This document shows, in pieces, positions 1 to 11,384 of a stretch of 64,000 nt of DNA. The stretch is taken from assembly GCA_024641945.1 (NCBI GenBank), contig JAHECD010000005.1, forward strand, positions 1,537 to 65,536. Reading direction: 5' to 3'. A model generated the notes under the pieces. That model was not told the origin of the DNA. It saw only the letters and a program-made list of their open reading frames with translations, and searched no databases. A program made the translations under genes and the position numbers. This DNA comes from Rubrivivax sp. GTDB taxonomy: Bacteria; Pseudomonadota; Gammaproteobacteria; Burkholderiales; Burkholderiaceae_C. Each line of letters begins with the position of its first letter. The first letter of the stretch is position 1.

Positions 1-427
1 TGGAAATAAGCACGCCGCGTTCTCCGGTGGCCTCGGGCACGTTCTTGCACATCGCCTCGGCGGCAAGCCGGATCATGTTGAAACTGCCGATCAGGTTGAC
101 GGTGATGGTCTTGCTGAAGACGGCCAACGGATGAGCACCGTCCTTGCCGACCGTCTTGACCGCCGGTGCGATGCCCGCGCAATTGACGAGGCCCACCAGC
201 TTGCCTGCAGCCACGGCCGCTATCACGACAGCCTGGCCATCCGCCTCCTGGCTCACGTCGCACTTGACGAAGACGCCGCCGATCTCTGCCGCGAGGGCCT
301 GTCCCTTGTCGGCCTGAAGGTCAGCAATGACGACCTTGGCGCCCTGGGCCGCCAACATGCGCGCCGTGCCTTCGCCGAGGCCGGAGGCCCCACCAGTGAC
401 GATGAATACCTTGCCTGCGATGTCCAT
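1..427 (-). CDS. 3-hydroxyacyl-CoA dehydrogenase type II (SDR family), 3' end runs off the window
   Basis: Manual translation from ATG at 427: MDIAGKVFIVTGGASGLGEGTARML...VNCAGIA...VNLIGSFNMIRLAA...GERGVLIS; TGxxxGxG Rossmann motif; no stop before base 1. Confidence 0.88.
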   Translation of the reverse strand, partial: MDIAGKVFIVTGGASGLGEGTARMLAAQGAKVVIADLQADKGQALAAEIGGVFVKCDVSQEADGQAVVIAAVAAGKLVGLVNCAGIAPAVKTVGKDGAHPLAVFSKTITVNLIGSFNMIRLAAEAMCKNVPEATGERGVLIS

Positions 428-456
428 GCGAATCCTTTCGGGATCGTTCAGAGTAG

Positions 457-472
457 ATGACGTTGACTTCCA
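457..472. promoter_or_regulatory. Possible LiuR-type (MerR family) operator
   Basis: ATGACGTTGACTTCCA, a degenerate match to the TTKACGTnnACGTMAA palindrome, about 30 bp upstream of the acyl-CoA SDR start. Confidence 0.3.
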
Positions 473-522
473 TTTTGGCGCCAAAGAATCGGTCCATCGG
501 TCCATCGGCCGATCGGAATGAC

Positions 523-546
523 GAAGGCCGCCCGTGGGCGGCCTTC
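523..546 (-). terminator. Hairpin downstream of adk, likely terminator
   Basis: GAAGGCCGCCC-GT-GGGCGGCCTTC, an 11-bp inverted repeat 20 bp after the adk stop. Confidence 0.6.
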
Positions 547-566
547 ATTGGCAACGCAGGGCGGGG

Positions 567-2090
<1,524 letters not shown>

Positions 2091-2094
<4 letters not shown>

Positions 2095-2312
2095 GGCGCC
2101 GGTGCAGCGGGCGCAGCGGTCGGCGAGTCCGGATCGTAGCTTCGTGCCTCGGGCTCGAGCATCACCGGGATGCCATCACGGATCGGAAATGCGAGGCGGT
2201 CGGCATGGCAGGCGAGCTCGGCCTGGCGGTTGTCGGCGTCGCGCAGCACCGTCAACGGGCCCTTGCAGACCGGGCAGACCAGCAGGTCGATCAGTCGGTG
2301 GTCGATGGTCAT
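2091..2312 (-). CDS. Trm112/YcaR family protein
   Basis: [14 protein letters not shown]...[12 protein letters not shown]; typical position between lpxK and kdsB. Confidence 0.92.
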
Positions 2313-3352
2313 GACGATATGGGCGCTTTCTTCAGCGGCGCGAGCCAGGCGCGCAGCGACTCGAGGGCTTCTTCAGGCAACTCGAAGTCTAACGTCACGA
2401 CCAGAATCGACCCGGCATCCGGTGCGTCCGGCCGCAGCTTGACGGCGTCCTTCTCGGTCACGATCACCCGCGGTGTGGCCGGTGGCCAAGGTCGCGGGTC
2501 GAACGATGCATGGTCGGGCAGCGGCAAGCGCTTGATGTCGAGGCCGATCGACTCGAGCATGGTGAAGAAGCGTTCAGGTTCGGCCAGGCCCGCGGCCGCA
2601 AGAACAGTGTGGCCCCGCAGCGCCGCGAGCACCTGTGGACTCGGCGCCGCCCCGGCCCACCAGTCCTGCAGCGGCAATGCGCCGCTCAGTCGACGCCGCG
2701 CGAGATGGCCCGCCCAAGGCGCGCTGGGCGCCGCTGCGTTGTAGATCACCGCGCTGCGAGGTGGTGGCCGAATGTCCATGGGCTCGCGCAACGGGCCGGC
2801 CGGCAGCAGGTGGCCGTTGCCGATGCCGCGCCCGTCGAACACGATGACCTGTGTGTCACGCTCAAGCGCCAGATGCTGCAATCCGTCGTCCGAGATCACG
2901 ATATCGACCTCCGGGGACTGCTGACAAAGCTTGCGCGCGGCCTCGGCACGGCGCCGACCGGTCCATACGGGCACGCCCGTGCGACGTCGAATGAGAAGTG
3001 GCTCGTCACCACACTGCGCGGCGGTCGTGTCGTTCGTCACCCGCAGTGGTGCCGTAGCCGACGAGCCGTGCCCGCGTGACACCACGCCGGGCGTCCAGCC
3101 GTCGCGACGCAGGGCCTCGACAAGTGCCATCACCGTGGGGGTCTTGCCAGCGCCGCCCACGATCAGGTTGCCCACGACGACCACCGGCACCGGCGCCCGG
3201 TCGACCTGCTGCAGGCCCAGCTTGAATGCGAGCTTTCGGGCGTACCAGAGTCCCCGGTAGACCCAGGACAGTGGCAGGAGGATCGCCGCCAACGCGGTCA
3301 GCTGCGGCTGCCACCAGGCCCGCTCGACCGCCGCGCGGATCGCCGAGCGCAT
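2309..3352 (-). CDS. lpxK: Tetraacyldisaccharide 4'-kinase
   Basis: [52 protein letters not shown]. Confidence 0.96.
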   Translation of the reverse strand: MRSAIRAAVERAWWQPQLTALAAILLPLSWVYRGLWYARKLAFKLGLQQVDRAPVPVVVVGNLIVGGAGKTPTVMALVEALRRDGWTPGVVSRGHGSSATAPLRVTNDTTAAQCGDEPLLIRRRTGVPVWTGRRRAEAARKLCQQSPEVDIVISDDGLQHLALERDTQVIVFDGRGIGNGHLLPAGPLREPMDIRPPPRSAVIYNAAAPSAPWAGHLARRRLSGALPLQDWWAGAAPSPQVLAALRGHTVLAAAGLAEPERFFTMLESIGLDIKRLPLPDHASFDPRPWPPATPRVIVTEKDAVKLRPDAPDAGSILVVTLDFELPEEALESLRAWLAPLKKAPISS

Positions 3353-3364
3353 CGGAATACGCGC

Positions 3365-3790
3365 TCAGCGGCCGCTGGCCGAGGTCTGCGCCGCGAAAGT
3401 CAGCCTGGCGAGGCCGGCCCTTCGTGCAGCGTCGAGCACGTTGATGACCGACTGGTGTGCCGCCATCGCGTCGGCCGAGACGATGACGATGGCGTCGGCG
3501 TGTCCATCGGCGGCCGCCACCAGCGCGGCGGTGAGCGCCTCGACGTCGCGACTGTCGATCGGTTTGCGGTCGATCATGTAACGGCCTTCACTGGATACCG
3601 AGACGATGACCTCGCGCGGCCGTTCCTGCAGCTTTTCCGCGTTGGCCGTCGGCAGAGTCACCTGCAACTCGGTAAAGCGCGAGTACGTGGTCGACAACAT
3701 GAGGAAGATGAGGATCACCAACAGCACGTCGATGAACGGGATCAGGTTGATCTCCGGTTCCTCGTCGCGTTGGCTGCTTCGAAACTTCAT
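3365..3790 (-). CDS. exbD: ExbD/TolR biopolymer transport protein
   Basis: EINLIPFIDVLLVILIFLML transmembrane motif with the conserved Asp. Confidence 0.92.
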   Translation of the reverse strand: MKFRSSQRDEEPEINLIPFIDVLLVILIFLMLSTTYSRFTELQVTLPTANAEKLQERPREVIVSVSSEGRYMIDRKPIDSRDVEALTAALVAAADGHADAIVIVSADAMAAHQSVINVLDAARRAGLARLTFAAQTSASGR

Positions 3791-4434
3791 GTTGCGGCCG
3801 CGGCGCGCTGCACGGTGAAGCGGAGCAGCTGCGGCACCATGCGCTCGGCCGCCAGTTCCATCGTCAGCCGATAGTTGTTCACCACGCTGCGAAAGTAGCG
3901 GTTGAACATCAGGGCCGGGATCGCCACGATGAGGCCGAAGGCCGTGTTGTAGAGCGCCACCGAGATGCCGTGGGCCAACTGCGCCGGGTTGGCCACCCCC
4001 GACGCGCCGGGTGCTTGCGCCCCAAAGATCTCGATCATGCCGACCACCGTACCGAGCAACCCCAGAAGGGGCGCCGCGGTGGCGATGGTGCCGAGGGCAT
4101 TGAGATAGCGTTCCAGCCGATGGATCGCCTCGCGACCGGCGATCTCGAACGCCTGGCGCAGCGCACCCTCGGTCATGCGCGGATCGGCCACGACGGCGCG
4201 CAGACCTGCTGCGAGGACCCGACCCAGCACCGAGTTCTCCGACAGCTTGTTGACGACATCAGCCGGTGGCAGATTGGAGCGGGTGACCGACATCACCTCG
4301 TCCAGCAACGTACTTGGGGCGACTCTCGGGCGCCGCAGGCTCATGAATTTCTCCATCACCAAGGCCAGTGCCACGACGGAGCAGATGATGAGGGGCCAGA
4401 TCGGCCAGCCGGCGGCTTGTATGATCGAAAACAC
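3787..4434 (-). CDS. exbB: MotA/TolQ/ExbB proton channel protein
   Basis: IATAAPLLGLLGTVVGMI, GISVALYNTAFGLIVAIPA; GTG start; overlaps exbD by 4 nt. Confidence 0.92.
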   Translation of the reverse strand: MFSIIQAAGWPIWPLIICSVVALALVMEKFMSLRRPRVAPSTLLDEVMSVTRSNLPPADVVNKLSENSVLGRVLAAGLRAVVADPRMTEGALRQAFEIAGREAIHRLERYLNALGTIATAAPLLGLLGTVVGMIEIFGAQAPGASGVANPAQLAHGISVALYNTAFGLIVAIPALMFNRYFRSVVNNYRLTMELAAERMVPQLLRFTVQRAAAAT

Positions 4435-4525
4435 AGGGGATCCCGGGCGAACTCAGCAGCGGTGGATTATGTCCGATGGCGTCGCGTGGCCTGTACCAGG
4501 CCGGCAGATGTTGCCAAGGTCAGCG

Positions 4526-4560
4526 TCATCCACCGTTTCTGTGGATAACTTTGTGCATAA
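4526..4560. promoter_or_regulatory. Cluster of three DnaA boxes (DARS-core-like geometry)
   Basis: TCATCCACC (4526-4534, 2 mismatches), 5-bp spacer, TGTGGATAA (4540-4548, perfect reverse complement of TTATCCACA), 3-bp spacer, TGTGCATAA (4552-4560, 1 mismatch). Confidence 0.7.
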
Positions 4561-4643
4561 GCCGACCACGATGTGCGGAAGTCCGCATGGTTGTTCGCCG
4601 TCGCTTTGTTTGCTTGTTGTTTGATCAGCAAAAAATCAATATG

Positions 4644-4656
4644 AATCAATCACTTA
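4644..4656 (+). promoter_or_regulatory. IHF binding site consensus
   Basis: AATCAATCACTTA matches WATCAANNNNTTR exactly, with an A-tract (4630-4635) on its 5' side, in an AT-rich patch. Confidence 0.65.
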
Positions 4657-4753
4657 AGTCGATGTGACTGAACGATGACCATGATTGGCTCGATTGAGGC
4701 GCGCAAATGCACGCTTGTGGAGTTCTCACCCCGCATCGGTGGGGGTCTGCGAC

Positions 4754-6073
4754 GTGTCTGCGTCTGAATCCGGCGGCGCATCGGCCGTGTCCTGGACGGT
4801 TGCCGGGCTTCTGGGGGCTGTAGCCGATACCCTGGCGGTCCGATTCGGTGCGCTCTCGGTGAATGGTGAGTTGAGCGGCTTTGTGCGGGCGTCAAGCGGG
4901 CACTGCTATTTTTCGCTGAAGGATGCCGACGGACAGCCCGGCCTGATCCGCTGCGCCATGTTCAGGCGATCCGCATCTTTGCTCGACTTTCAGCCTGCCG
5001 ATGGTCAGCGCGTGGAGCTTCGCGGTCGAATATCCGTCTACGAGGCGCGTGGCGAACTTCAGGTCGTCGTCGAAACATTGCGCCGCCAGGGGGCAGGTAC
5101 CTTGTACGAGGAATTCCTGCGCTTGCGGGCCAAGCTGGCGACGCAGGGCCTTTTCGATGAATCGCGCCGCAGGCCGATCGAGGCCAATCCGTCGGCCATC
5201 GGCATCATCACCTCCCTGGGTGCGGCCGCGCTGCACGACGTCGTGACGGCACTGCAACGCCGCGCGCCGCATGTGCGCATCGTCATCTACCCGAGCCCGG
5301 TGCAGGGCGCCGAGGCACCGGCGGCGCTGGCGGCAGCACTGGCCATGGCGGGCTCGCGCAACGAGGTCGATACGCTGTTGCTGGTACGGGGCGGAGGCTC
5401 GCTGGAGGATCTCTGGTCGTTCAACGACGAGCGCGTCGTGCGTGCGGTGTCGGCGTCTGCCATACCGGTGATCTGTGGGGTCGGACACGAGACGGACGTG
5501 ACGCTCAGCGACTTGGCCGCCGACCTGCGCGCAGCCACGCCAACGGCCGCGGCCGAATTGGCGGCCCCTGCGGTGCGCGACCTGATGGCCGCGCTGGATC
5601 GGCGCGGCGCCGGGCTCGTTGCTGCCGTTCGGCGCGCGCTCGACCGCCAGGCGCAACGCGTCGACATGCTGGCCCAACGCACGGGGCGGCCGGCCGCCGC
5701 CATGGCCCAACAGCGGCAACGGGTGCATGGCCTGGGGCTGCGGCTCAGCGGTGCCGCGTCCCGCAGTGCGCAGAGGGCAGGGCAGCTGCCTCCGGCACTC
5801 GCGCACAGGTTGCTTCATGCGGGCAGGCAGACGCTGGCACGGGGCGCCGACAGACTTCAGGTCTTGTCAGCGCGCCTTGTCGCGGCGCACCCACAGCAGG
5901 TGTTGAACCGCGGATATGCATGGGTCGTCGATTCCCGTGGGGTTCCTGTCATGCGCGTGGCGGGCTTGACCATCGGCGATGAATTGAGTGCCGTGTTTGC
6001 GGACGGACGTGCACGCGCCACCGTGGAAGAAGTCGACGTCGTATCGTCCACGGGACCGCTTTTGCCGCCATGA
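4754..6073 (+). CDS. xseA: Exodeoxyribonuclease VII large subunit
   Basis: SGHCYFSLKD OB-fold, IGIITS...AALHDV, LLVRGGGSLEDLWSFNDE, GVGHETD, ATPTAAAE; start uncertain (GTG 4754 chosen within ORF 4685..6073). Confidence 0.94.
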   Translation: MSASESGGASAVSWTVAGLLGAVADTLAVRFGALSVNGELSGFVRASSGHCYFSLKDADGQPGLIRCAMFRRSASLLDFQPADGQRVELRGRISVYEARGELQVVVETLRRQGAGTLYEEFLRLRAKLATQGLFDESRRRPIEANPSAIGIITSLGAAALHDVVTALQRRAPHVRIVIYPSPVQGAEAPAALAAALAMAGSRNEVDTLLLVRGGGSLEDLWSFNDERVVRAVSASAIPVICGVGHETDVTLSDLAADLRAATPTAAAELAAPAVRDLMAALDRRGAGLVAAVRRALDRQAQRVDMLAQRTGRPAAAMAQQRQRVHGLGLRLSGAASRSAQRAGQLPPALAHRLLHAGRQTLARGADRLQVLSARLVAAHPQQVLNRGYAWVVDSRGVPVMRVAGLTIGDELSAVFADGRARATVEEVDVVSSTGPLLPP

Positions 6074-6181
6074 CCGGGCCGCCCCCACGGCTGGCGCGGA
6101 CACATGCGCTGCCTACAATGGGTGTCTCGTACCTGCGCAGAGAGATTCCGAACTTGCGCGCCAACAACCGAGAGGAACACC

Positions 6182-6763
6182 ATGGAACATACCTTGCCGG
6201 CATTGCCATTCGCCATAGATGCACTCGCCCCGCACTACAGCCGCGAGACCCTCGAATACCACCACGGCAAGCACCACAACGCATATGTGGTGAATCTGAA
6301 CAATCTCCAGAAGGGCACCGAATTCGAATCGATGGCGCTCGAGGACATCGTGCGCAAAGCGTCGGGCGGCATCTACAACAATGCGGCACAGATCTGGAAT
6401 CACACTTTCTTCTGGAACTGCATGAAGCCGGCTGGCGGTGGCGAGCCCGGCGGCGCCCTGGCAGCGGCAATCAATGCCAAGTGGGGCAGTTATGCCGCCT
6501 TCAAGGAGGCGTTCGTCAAGTCGGCGGTGGGCAACTTCGGTTCCGGCTGGACCTGGCTCGTCAAGAAGGCTGACGGCAGCGTCGACATCGTCAATATGGG
6601 CGCTGCCGGCACACCACTGACCACGGCCGACAAGGCACTGCTTACGGTGGACGTGTGGGAGCACGCGTACTACATCGACTATCGCAACCTGCGCCCGAAG
6701 TTCGTCGAGACATTCCTCGACAAACTCGTCAACTGGGATTTCGCGGCAAAGAACTTCGGCTGA
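6182..6763 (+). CDS. sodB: Superoxide dismutase [Fe]
   Basis: [27 protein letters not shown]; AAQ pattern typical of the Fe form; RBS GAGGA before ATG 6182. Confidence 0.95.
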   Translation: MEHTLPALPFAIDALAPHYSRETLEYHHGKHHNAYVVNLNNLQKGTEFESMALEDIVRKASGGIYNNAAQIWNHTFFWNCMKPAGGGEPGGALAAAINAKWGSYAAFKEAFVKSAVGNFGSGWTWLVKKADGSVDIVNMGAAGTPLTTADKALLTVDVWEHAYYIDYRNLRPKFVETFLDKLVNWDFAAKNFG

Positions 6764-6812
6764 TCACGCCCGCGTGACCCGGCGCAAGGTAGGGCGCCGG
6801 GATCACGTCGAG

Positions 6813-7283
6813 TCAGCGTGTGAATGGCGGCCCGGACAACCTGAAGCCCGCTTTCAGGCCGTGCCGGGCAAACCAGCCTTGATTCATCTCGAGCACGAAC
6901 CGCACTGGTTTCGATGAACAGTGCGAGTCGTCCGAGCGCGGTTGCATCTCGACGACGTTGACGATCGTGCCGTCGTCGGCAACAAATGCCGCCGCCAGCG
7001 GCAGCAGCGTGTTCCGCATCCAGAAGCAGCGCGGCTCCAGCCCGTCGAAGACAAACAGCATGCCCTCGTGTTGCGCCATCGAGGTTCGCATCATCATGCC
7101 GATCTGTTGTTGCTGCGGCGTTTTCGCCACCTCGGCGACGATGTTGTGCATGCCGGCATTCAACGTCACGGTGGGCAATCGCGGCTGAGGAATATCCTGC
7201 GCACGCGCGGGAAACGCCGCCGAGCCTGCTGCAAGCAGCAGCGCAGCCAAAATGCGTGTCCATGCGGAGTTGATGGTCGTCAT
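6813..7283 (-). CDS. DUF192 family exported protein
   Basis: Signal peptide; GMMMR...GMLFVF...FWMRNTLLPL...VLEMNQG signature. Confidence 0.88.
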   Translation of the reverse strand: MTTINSAWTRILAALLLAAGSAAFPARAQDIPQPRLPTVTLNAGMHNIVAEVAKTPQQQQIGMMMRTSMAQHEGMLFVFDGLEPRCFWMRNTLLPLAAAFVADDGTIVNVVEMQPRSDDSHCSSKPVRFVLEMNQGWFARHGLKAGFRLSGPPFTR

Positions 7284-7360
7284 GCGTTGGGTGTCCGGTG
7301 TCGGCGATCATTATCGAACGCACCGCACCCGGTAGCCGCAGACATTCACCTTAGCCTTCG

Positions 7361-9682
7361 ATGAGCCTCGCTTCGACCGACACTGCCGACCTGCACGAGG
7401 CCGACGCTGCAGCATCGGCGTCGGATGCGGCCCGCTCAAGTGCGTGCAATGCGCCTGTCGACGACCCGATCGAAGTGCTGCGATTCACGCGCTTCGAAAG
7501 TCAGGCCGCTGGCGGCGTGCGGCACGGGGTTTCGTCGCTTCAGTTGTCGGGCATGTATTGCGCCGCCTGTGCAGGACTGATCGAGTCGGCGCTGTGCTCC
7601 GTGCCGGGTGTGCTCGAGGCCCACGTCAACGCGGCCTCGCAACGAGCGACCGTCCGCTGGGACCCCGGCCGCACCCAACCTTCGACGCTGCTGTCCGCGG
7701 TGCAGGCAGCGGGCTACGGCGCCGTGCCCGACGCTGCCCAGCCGGCGCGCCTGCAGCGCCGCGCGCAGCAGCGTGCCACCCTCTGGCGCCTGTTCGTCGC
7801 GAGCTTCTGTGCAATGCAGGTCATGATGCTGGCGACGCCGAGCTACGTGTCGGCGCCGGGCGAACTGGATCCCAATCTGCGCCAGTTGCTCAACTGGGGC
7901 AGTTGGGTCCTGAGCCTGCCGGTGGTGTGGTTTGCCGGTCTGCCGTTCCTTCAGGGGGCCTGGCAATCGTTGCGGATGCGACGCATCGGCATGGATGTTC
8001 CCGTGGCACTCGGGATCCTCGTCACATTCGTCGCAAGTACCGGAGCCACGTTCGACCCCAACGGCATCTTCGGGCACGAGGTCTACTTCGATTCGCTCAC
8101 GATGTTCGTGGCCTTTCTCTGGGTGGGGCGCTGGCTCGAAATGAGGGCGCGGCACCAGGCGGCGCAGGCACTGGAGTCGGCGCTGACGGGCATGCCGGCG
8201 ACAGCGCTGCGTGTGTCCGAAGACGGCACGGTGACTGAAATCAGTGCGGCACGTCTGAAACCCGGCGACCGGGTGCGCGTCCCGACCGGCAGTGCCATTC
8301 CCGCTGACGGCCCGCTCCTGACGGCGACCGCAGGCGTCGGGGAGGCATTGATCACCGGCGAGTCGCAGGCGGTGGCCAAGCGTTGCGGAGACGGGATGCT
8401 GGCTGGAAGCGTCAACCTCGGCGCACCGCTGGAGATGACGGTCGATCGCGTTGGCGCCGACACCCGCCAAGAGGCCATCGTGGCGATGATCCGCGAAGCC
8501 ATGGGCCAGCGCCCGGCCGCCGCGCGACTGGCCGATCGATGGGCCGGACCTTTTCTGTGGGCCGTGCTGCTGCTTGCGGCGGGCTCGGCGGCAGTGTGGA
8601 GCATCATCGACCCCTCGCGTGCTCTTTGGGTTGGCGTGGCGGTTCTCATCGTGACTTGCCCTTGTGCGCTCTCGCTCGCCACGCCGGCCACGCTGGTGGC
8701 TGCGGCCGGCGGGCTGGCGCGGCGTGGTGTCCTGCTGCGACGGGTGGACGCCCTCGAGGCCTTCGCCGAGAGTCGCCACGTCTTCATCGACAAGACCGGC
8801 ACGCTCACCACGGGAGCCCAGCATCTCGAAGAGGTGCGCGTCGTGTCCGGGGCACCGGTGGGCCTCACGACCACCCGGGCCTTGCAGATGGCGGCGAGCC
8901 TGGCACGCTGGTCCTCGCATCCTCTGTCCTTGGCGCTCGTCGCCGCGGCAGGTCACGGCACCAGCGCGCAGCCTGAATGGCGAGGCCTCACGGAGACCGC
9001 CGGGTCCGGTCTGCGGGCACATGACGAGAACGGCATCGAATGGCGCCTGGGGTCCGCGGCATGGGTTGGTGCCCAAGACGGCGACACCTTGGGTGCCGTT
9101 TGGCTCGGCCGATCCGGGTGCCCTGCGGCGGCGTTCCGCTTCGAGGAGATGCCACAGGTGGACGCAGCGGCCACCGTGGCTGCGCTGCGAGCCTCGGGCA
9201 TGCACGTCACGCTGCTGTCAGGCGACACGCAGTCTCGTGCTCGCCGTCTGGCCGCGATGGTCGGAATCGACGATGTCGCCGCCAGTGCGACGCCGGAAGA
9301 CAAACTCGCCGCTTTGAAGTCAGCGCAGGCTGGGGGGGCGCGCGTCGCCATGGTGGGCGACGGTTTGAACGACGGTCCGGTCCTGGCGGCGGCCGACGTG
9401 TCGCTTGCGATGGGACATGGTGCGCTGGCGTCCCGCCAGTCAGCCGATGCGGTGATCGTTTCCGGCCGGCCGGCTGGGATTTTGGACATGCATTTGACGG
9501 CGCTGCACACGGTGCGCATCGTGCGGCAGAACCTGCTCTGGGCCGTTATCTACAACGGGGCGTGCATTCCGCTGGCGATGACCGGCTGGCTTCCGCCCTG
9601 GGCCGCGGGCCTGGGGATGGCGGCAAGTTCGCTGCTCGTCGTTCTGAACGCGCAGCGCGCTGCGGCTAGCAGGCTGCCCTGA
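7361..9682 (+). CDS. ccoI: Heavy-metal (Cu) P1B-type ATPase of the cbb3 assembly locus (CcoI/FixI)
   Basis: GMYCAAC HMA motif, TGES, CPC, DKTGT, GDGLNDGP; directly upstream of ccoS-ccoN. Confidence 0.92.
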   Translation: MSLASTDTADLHEADAAASASDAARSSACNAPVDDPIEVLRFTRFESQAAGGVRHGVSSLQLSGMYCAACAGLIESALCSVPGVLEAHVNAASQRATVRWDPGRTQPSTLLSAVQAAGYGAVPDAAQPARLQRRAQQRATLWRLFVASFCAMQVMMLATPSYVSAPGELDPNLRQLLNWGSWVLSLPVVWFAGLPFLQGAWQSLRMRRIGMDVPVALGILVTFVASTGATFDPNGIFGHEVYFDSLTMFVAFLWVGRWLEMRARHQAAQALESALTGMPATALRVSEDGTVTEISAARLKPGDRVRVPTGSAIPADGPLLTATAGVGEALITGESQAVAKRCGDGMLAGSVNLGAPLEMTVDRVGADTRQEAIVAMIREAMGQRPAAARLADRWAGPFLWAVLLLAAGSAAVWSIIDPSRALWVGVAVLIVTCPCALSLATPATLVAAAGGLARRGVLLRRVDALEAFAESRHVFIDKTGTLTTGAQHLEEVRVVSGAPVGLTTTRALQMAASLARWSSHPLSLALVAAAGHGTSAQPEWRGLTETAGSGLRAHDENGIEWRLGSAAWVGAQDGDTLGAVWLGRSGCPAAAFRFEEMPQVDAAATVAALRASGMHVTLLSGDTQSRARRLAAMVGIDDVAASATPEDKLAALKSAQAGGARVAMVGDGLNDGPVLAAADVSLAMGHGALASRQSADAVIVSGRPAGILDMHLTALHTVRIVRQNLLWAVIYNGACIPLAMTGWLPPWAAGLGMAASSLLVVLNAQRAAASRLP

Positions 9683-9696
9683 CGAGAGCCTTGCCG

Positions 9697-9924
9697 ATGG
9701 ACATCCTTTACCTGCTCATTCCGCTGTCTGCCGTCCTCGTGCTCGTGATCATGGGCATCTTCGGCTGGGCGCTGCACGCCGGGCAGTTCGATGATCTGGA
9801 GCGCGAGGGTGAGCGATTGCTACAACACGAGGAATGGCCGGTTGACGAAGGTCAAGCGGCCGATCCTGCGGTGCAACAAGAATCGCCGACTATTGATGAT
9901 CGAGTGAAGGCAGGAGGTTCCTGA
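9697..9924 (+). CDS. ccoS: cbb3-type oxidase assembly protein CcoS with a polar C-terminal extension
   Basis: [11 protein letters not shown]...[16 protein letters not shown] signature; stop overlaps the ccoN start (TGATG). Confidence 0.9.
   Translation: MDILYLLIPLSAVLVLVIMGIFGWALHAGQFDDLEREGERLLQHEEWPVDEGQAADPAVQQESPTIDDRVKAGGS
9842..9855. promoter_or_regulatory. FNR/FixK-type box for the ccoNOQP promoter, inside ccoS
   Basis: TTGAC-GAAG-GTCAA, a TTGA(T/C)-N4-(A/G)TCAA palindrome centred about 75 bp upstream of the ccoN ATG. Confidence 0.75.
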
Positions 9925-11366
9925 TGGCGCAGAACAAATCGGCAGGCGCGGCGGCGGTCTATACGGACAACGTCGTGCGCCTGTTTTCGCTGGCCGCCGT
10001 CTTGTGGGGCGTGGTCGGCATGTTGGTCGGCGTGATCATCGCGTCGCAACTCGCGTGGCCCGAGCTCAACTTCGGCATCCCGTTCCTCAGCTATGGTCGA
10101 CTGCGCCCGCTGCACACGAACGCGGTGATCTTCGCGTTCGGTGGCTGCGCGCTGTTCGCGACCTCGTACCACGTCGTCCAGCGCACCTGCCAGACGCCGC
10201 TGTTCCTGCCCAAGCTGGCGATGTTCACTTTCGTCGGCTGGCAGGTCGTGATCCTTGCCGCGGCCGTCTCGCTGCCGCTCGGCATGACACAAGGCAAGGA
10301 ATACGCCGAGCTCGAATGGCCGATCGACCTGCTGATCGCCGTCGTATGGGTCGCCTATGCGGTGGTGTTCTTCGGCACGGTCGGCATCCGCAAGGTGCGC
10401 CACATCTATGTCGCCAACTGGTTCTTCGGCGCCTTCATCATCGCCGTTGCGCTGCTGCACATCGTCAACAGCGCCGCCATTCCGGTCAGCCTGACCAAGA
10501 GCTACTCGGCCTACGCCGGCGTGCAGGACGCGATGGTGCAGTGGTGGTACGGCCACAACGCAGTGGGCTTCTTCCTCACGGCGGGTTTCCTCGGGATGAT
10601 GTACTACTACATCCCCAAGCAGGCCGAGCGCCCGGTCTACTCGTACCGTTTGTCGATCGTGCACTTCTGGGCGCTGATCTTCACCTACATGTGGGCGGGC
10701 CCGCACCACCTGCACTACACCGCGCTGCCCGATTGGGCGCAGTCGATCGGCATGATCTTCTCGCTCGTGCTGCTCGCGCCGAGCTGGGGCGGCATGATCA
10801 ACGGCATCATGACCCTGTCGGGTGCGTGGCACAAACTGCGTGACGATCCGATCCTGAAGTTCCTCATTGTCTCTTTGTCGTTCTACGGCATGTCGACCTT
10901 CGAGGGGCCGATGATGTCGATCAAGACCGTGAACGCGCTGAGCCACTACACCGACTGGACGGTCGGCCACGTGCACAGCGGCGCCCTTGGCTGGGTCGGC
11001 CTGATCTCGATGGGCGCGCTGTACCACCTGATCCCGCGCATGTACGGCAAGAAGGAGATGTTCAGCACGCGTGCGATCGAGCTGCACTTCTGGATCGCCA
11101 CCATCGGCATCGTCCTGTACATCGCCGCGATGTGGATTGCCGGCGTGATGCAGGGCCTGATGTGGCGTGCGCTCAACCCCGACGGCACGCTCGTCTACAG
11201 CTTCGTCGAAAGCGTGAAGGCCACGTACCCCTTCTACGTGATCCGCGTCGGCGGGGGGCTGCTGTACCTCGGCGGCATGTTGATCATGGCCTGGAATACC
11301 GTGATGACCGTCCGTGGTGGCAAGGCCGCCGTCGCCCCGGTGCCGGCCGTCGTGGCACACGCCTGA
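9924..11366 (+). CDS. ccoN: cbb3-type cytochrome c oxidase subunit I
   Basis: [46 protein letters not shown]. Confidence 0.98.
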   Translation: MAQNKSAGAAAVYTDNVVRLFSLAAVLWGVVGMLVGVIIASQLAWPELNFGIPFLSYGRLRPLHTNAVIFAFGGCALFATSYHVVQRTCQTPLFLPKLAMFTFVGWQVVILAAAVSLPLGMTQGKEYAELEWPIDLLIAVVWVAYAVVFFGTVGIRKVRHIYVANWFFGAFIIAVALLHIVNSAAIPVSLTKSYSAYAGVQDAMVQWWYGHNAVGFFLTAGFLGMMYYYIPKQAERPVYSYRLSIVHFWALIFTYMWAGPHHLHYTALPDWAQSIGMIFSLVLLAPSWGGMINGIMTLSGAWHKLRDDPILKFLIVSLSFYGMSTFEGPMMSIKTVNALSHYTDWTVGHVHSGALGWVGLISMGALYHLIPRMYGKKEMFSTRAIELHFWIATIGIVLYIAAMWIAGVMQGLMWRALNPDGTLVYSFVESVKATYPFYVIRVGGGLLYLGGMLIMAWNTVMTVRGGKAAVAPVPAVVAHA

Positions 11367-11384
11367 GCCGCAAAGGACACCATC

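Noticed and set aside
4621-4639. TTGAT...ATCAA resembling an FNR box
   Set aside because: The spacer is 9 bp rather than 4 bp; better explained as part of the AT-rich IHF-flanking tract.
4526-4700. Interpretation of the DnaA-box cluster as oriC
   Set aside because: Only three good boxes, no obvious repeated 13-mer unwinding element, and no dnaA/dnaN/gidA/parAB neighbours. A DARS/datA-like role fits better, though oriC cannot be fully excluded without genome-wide skew.
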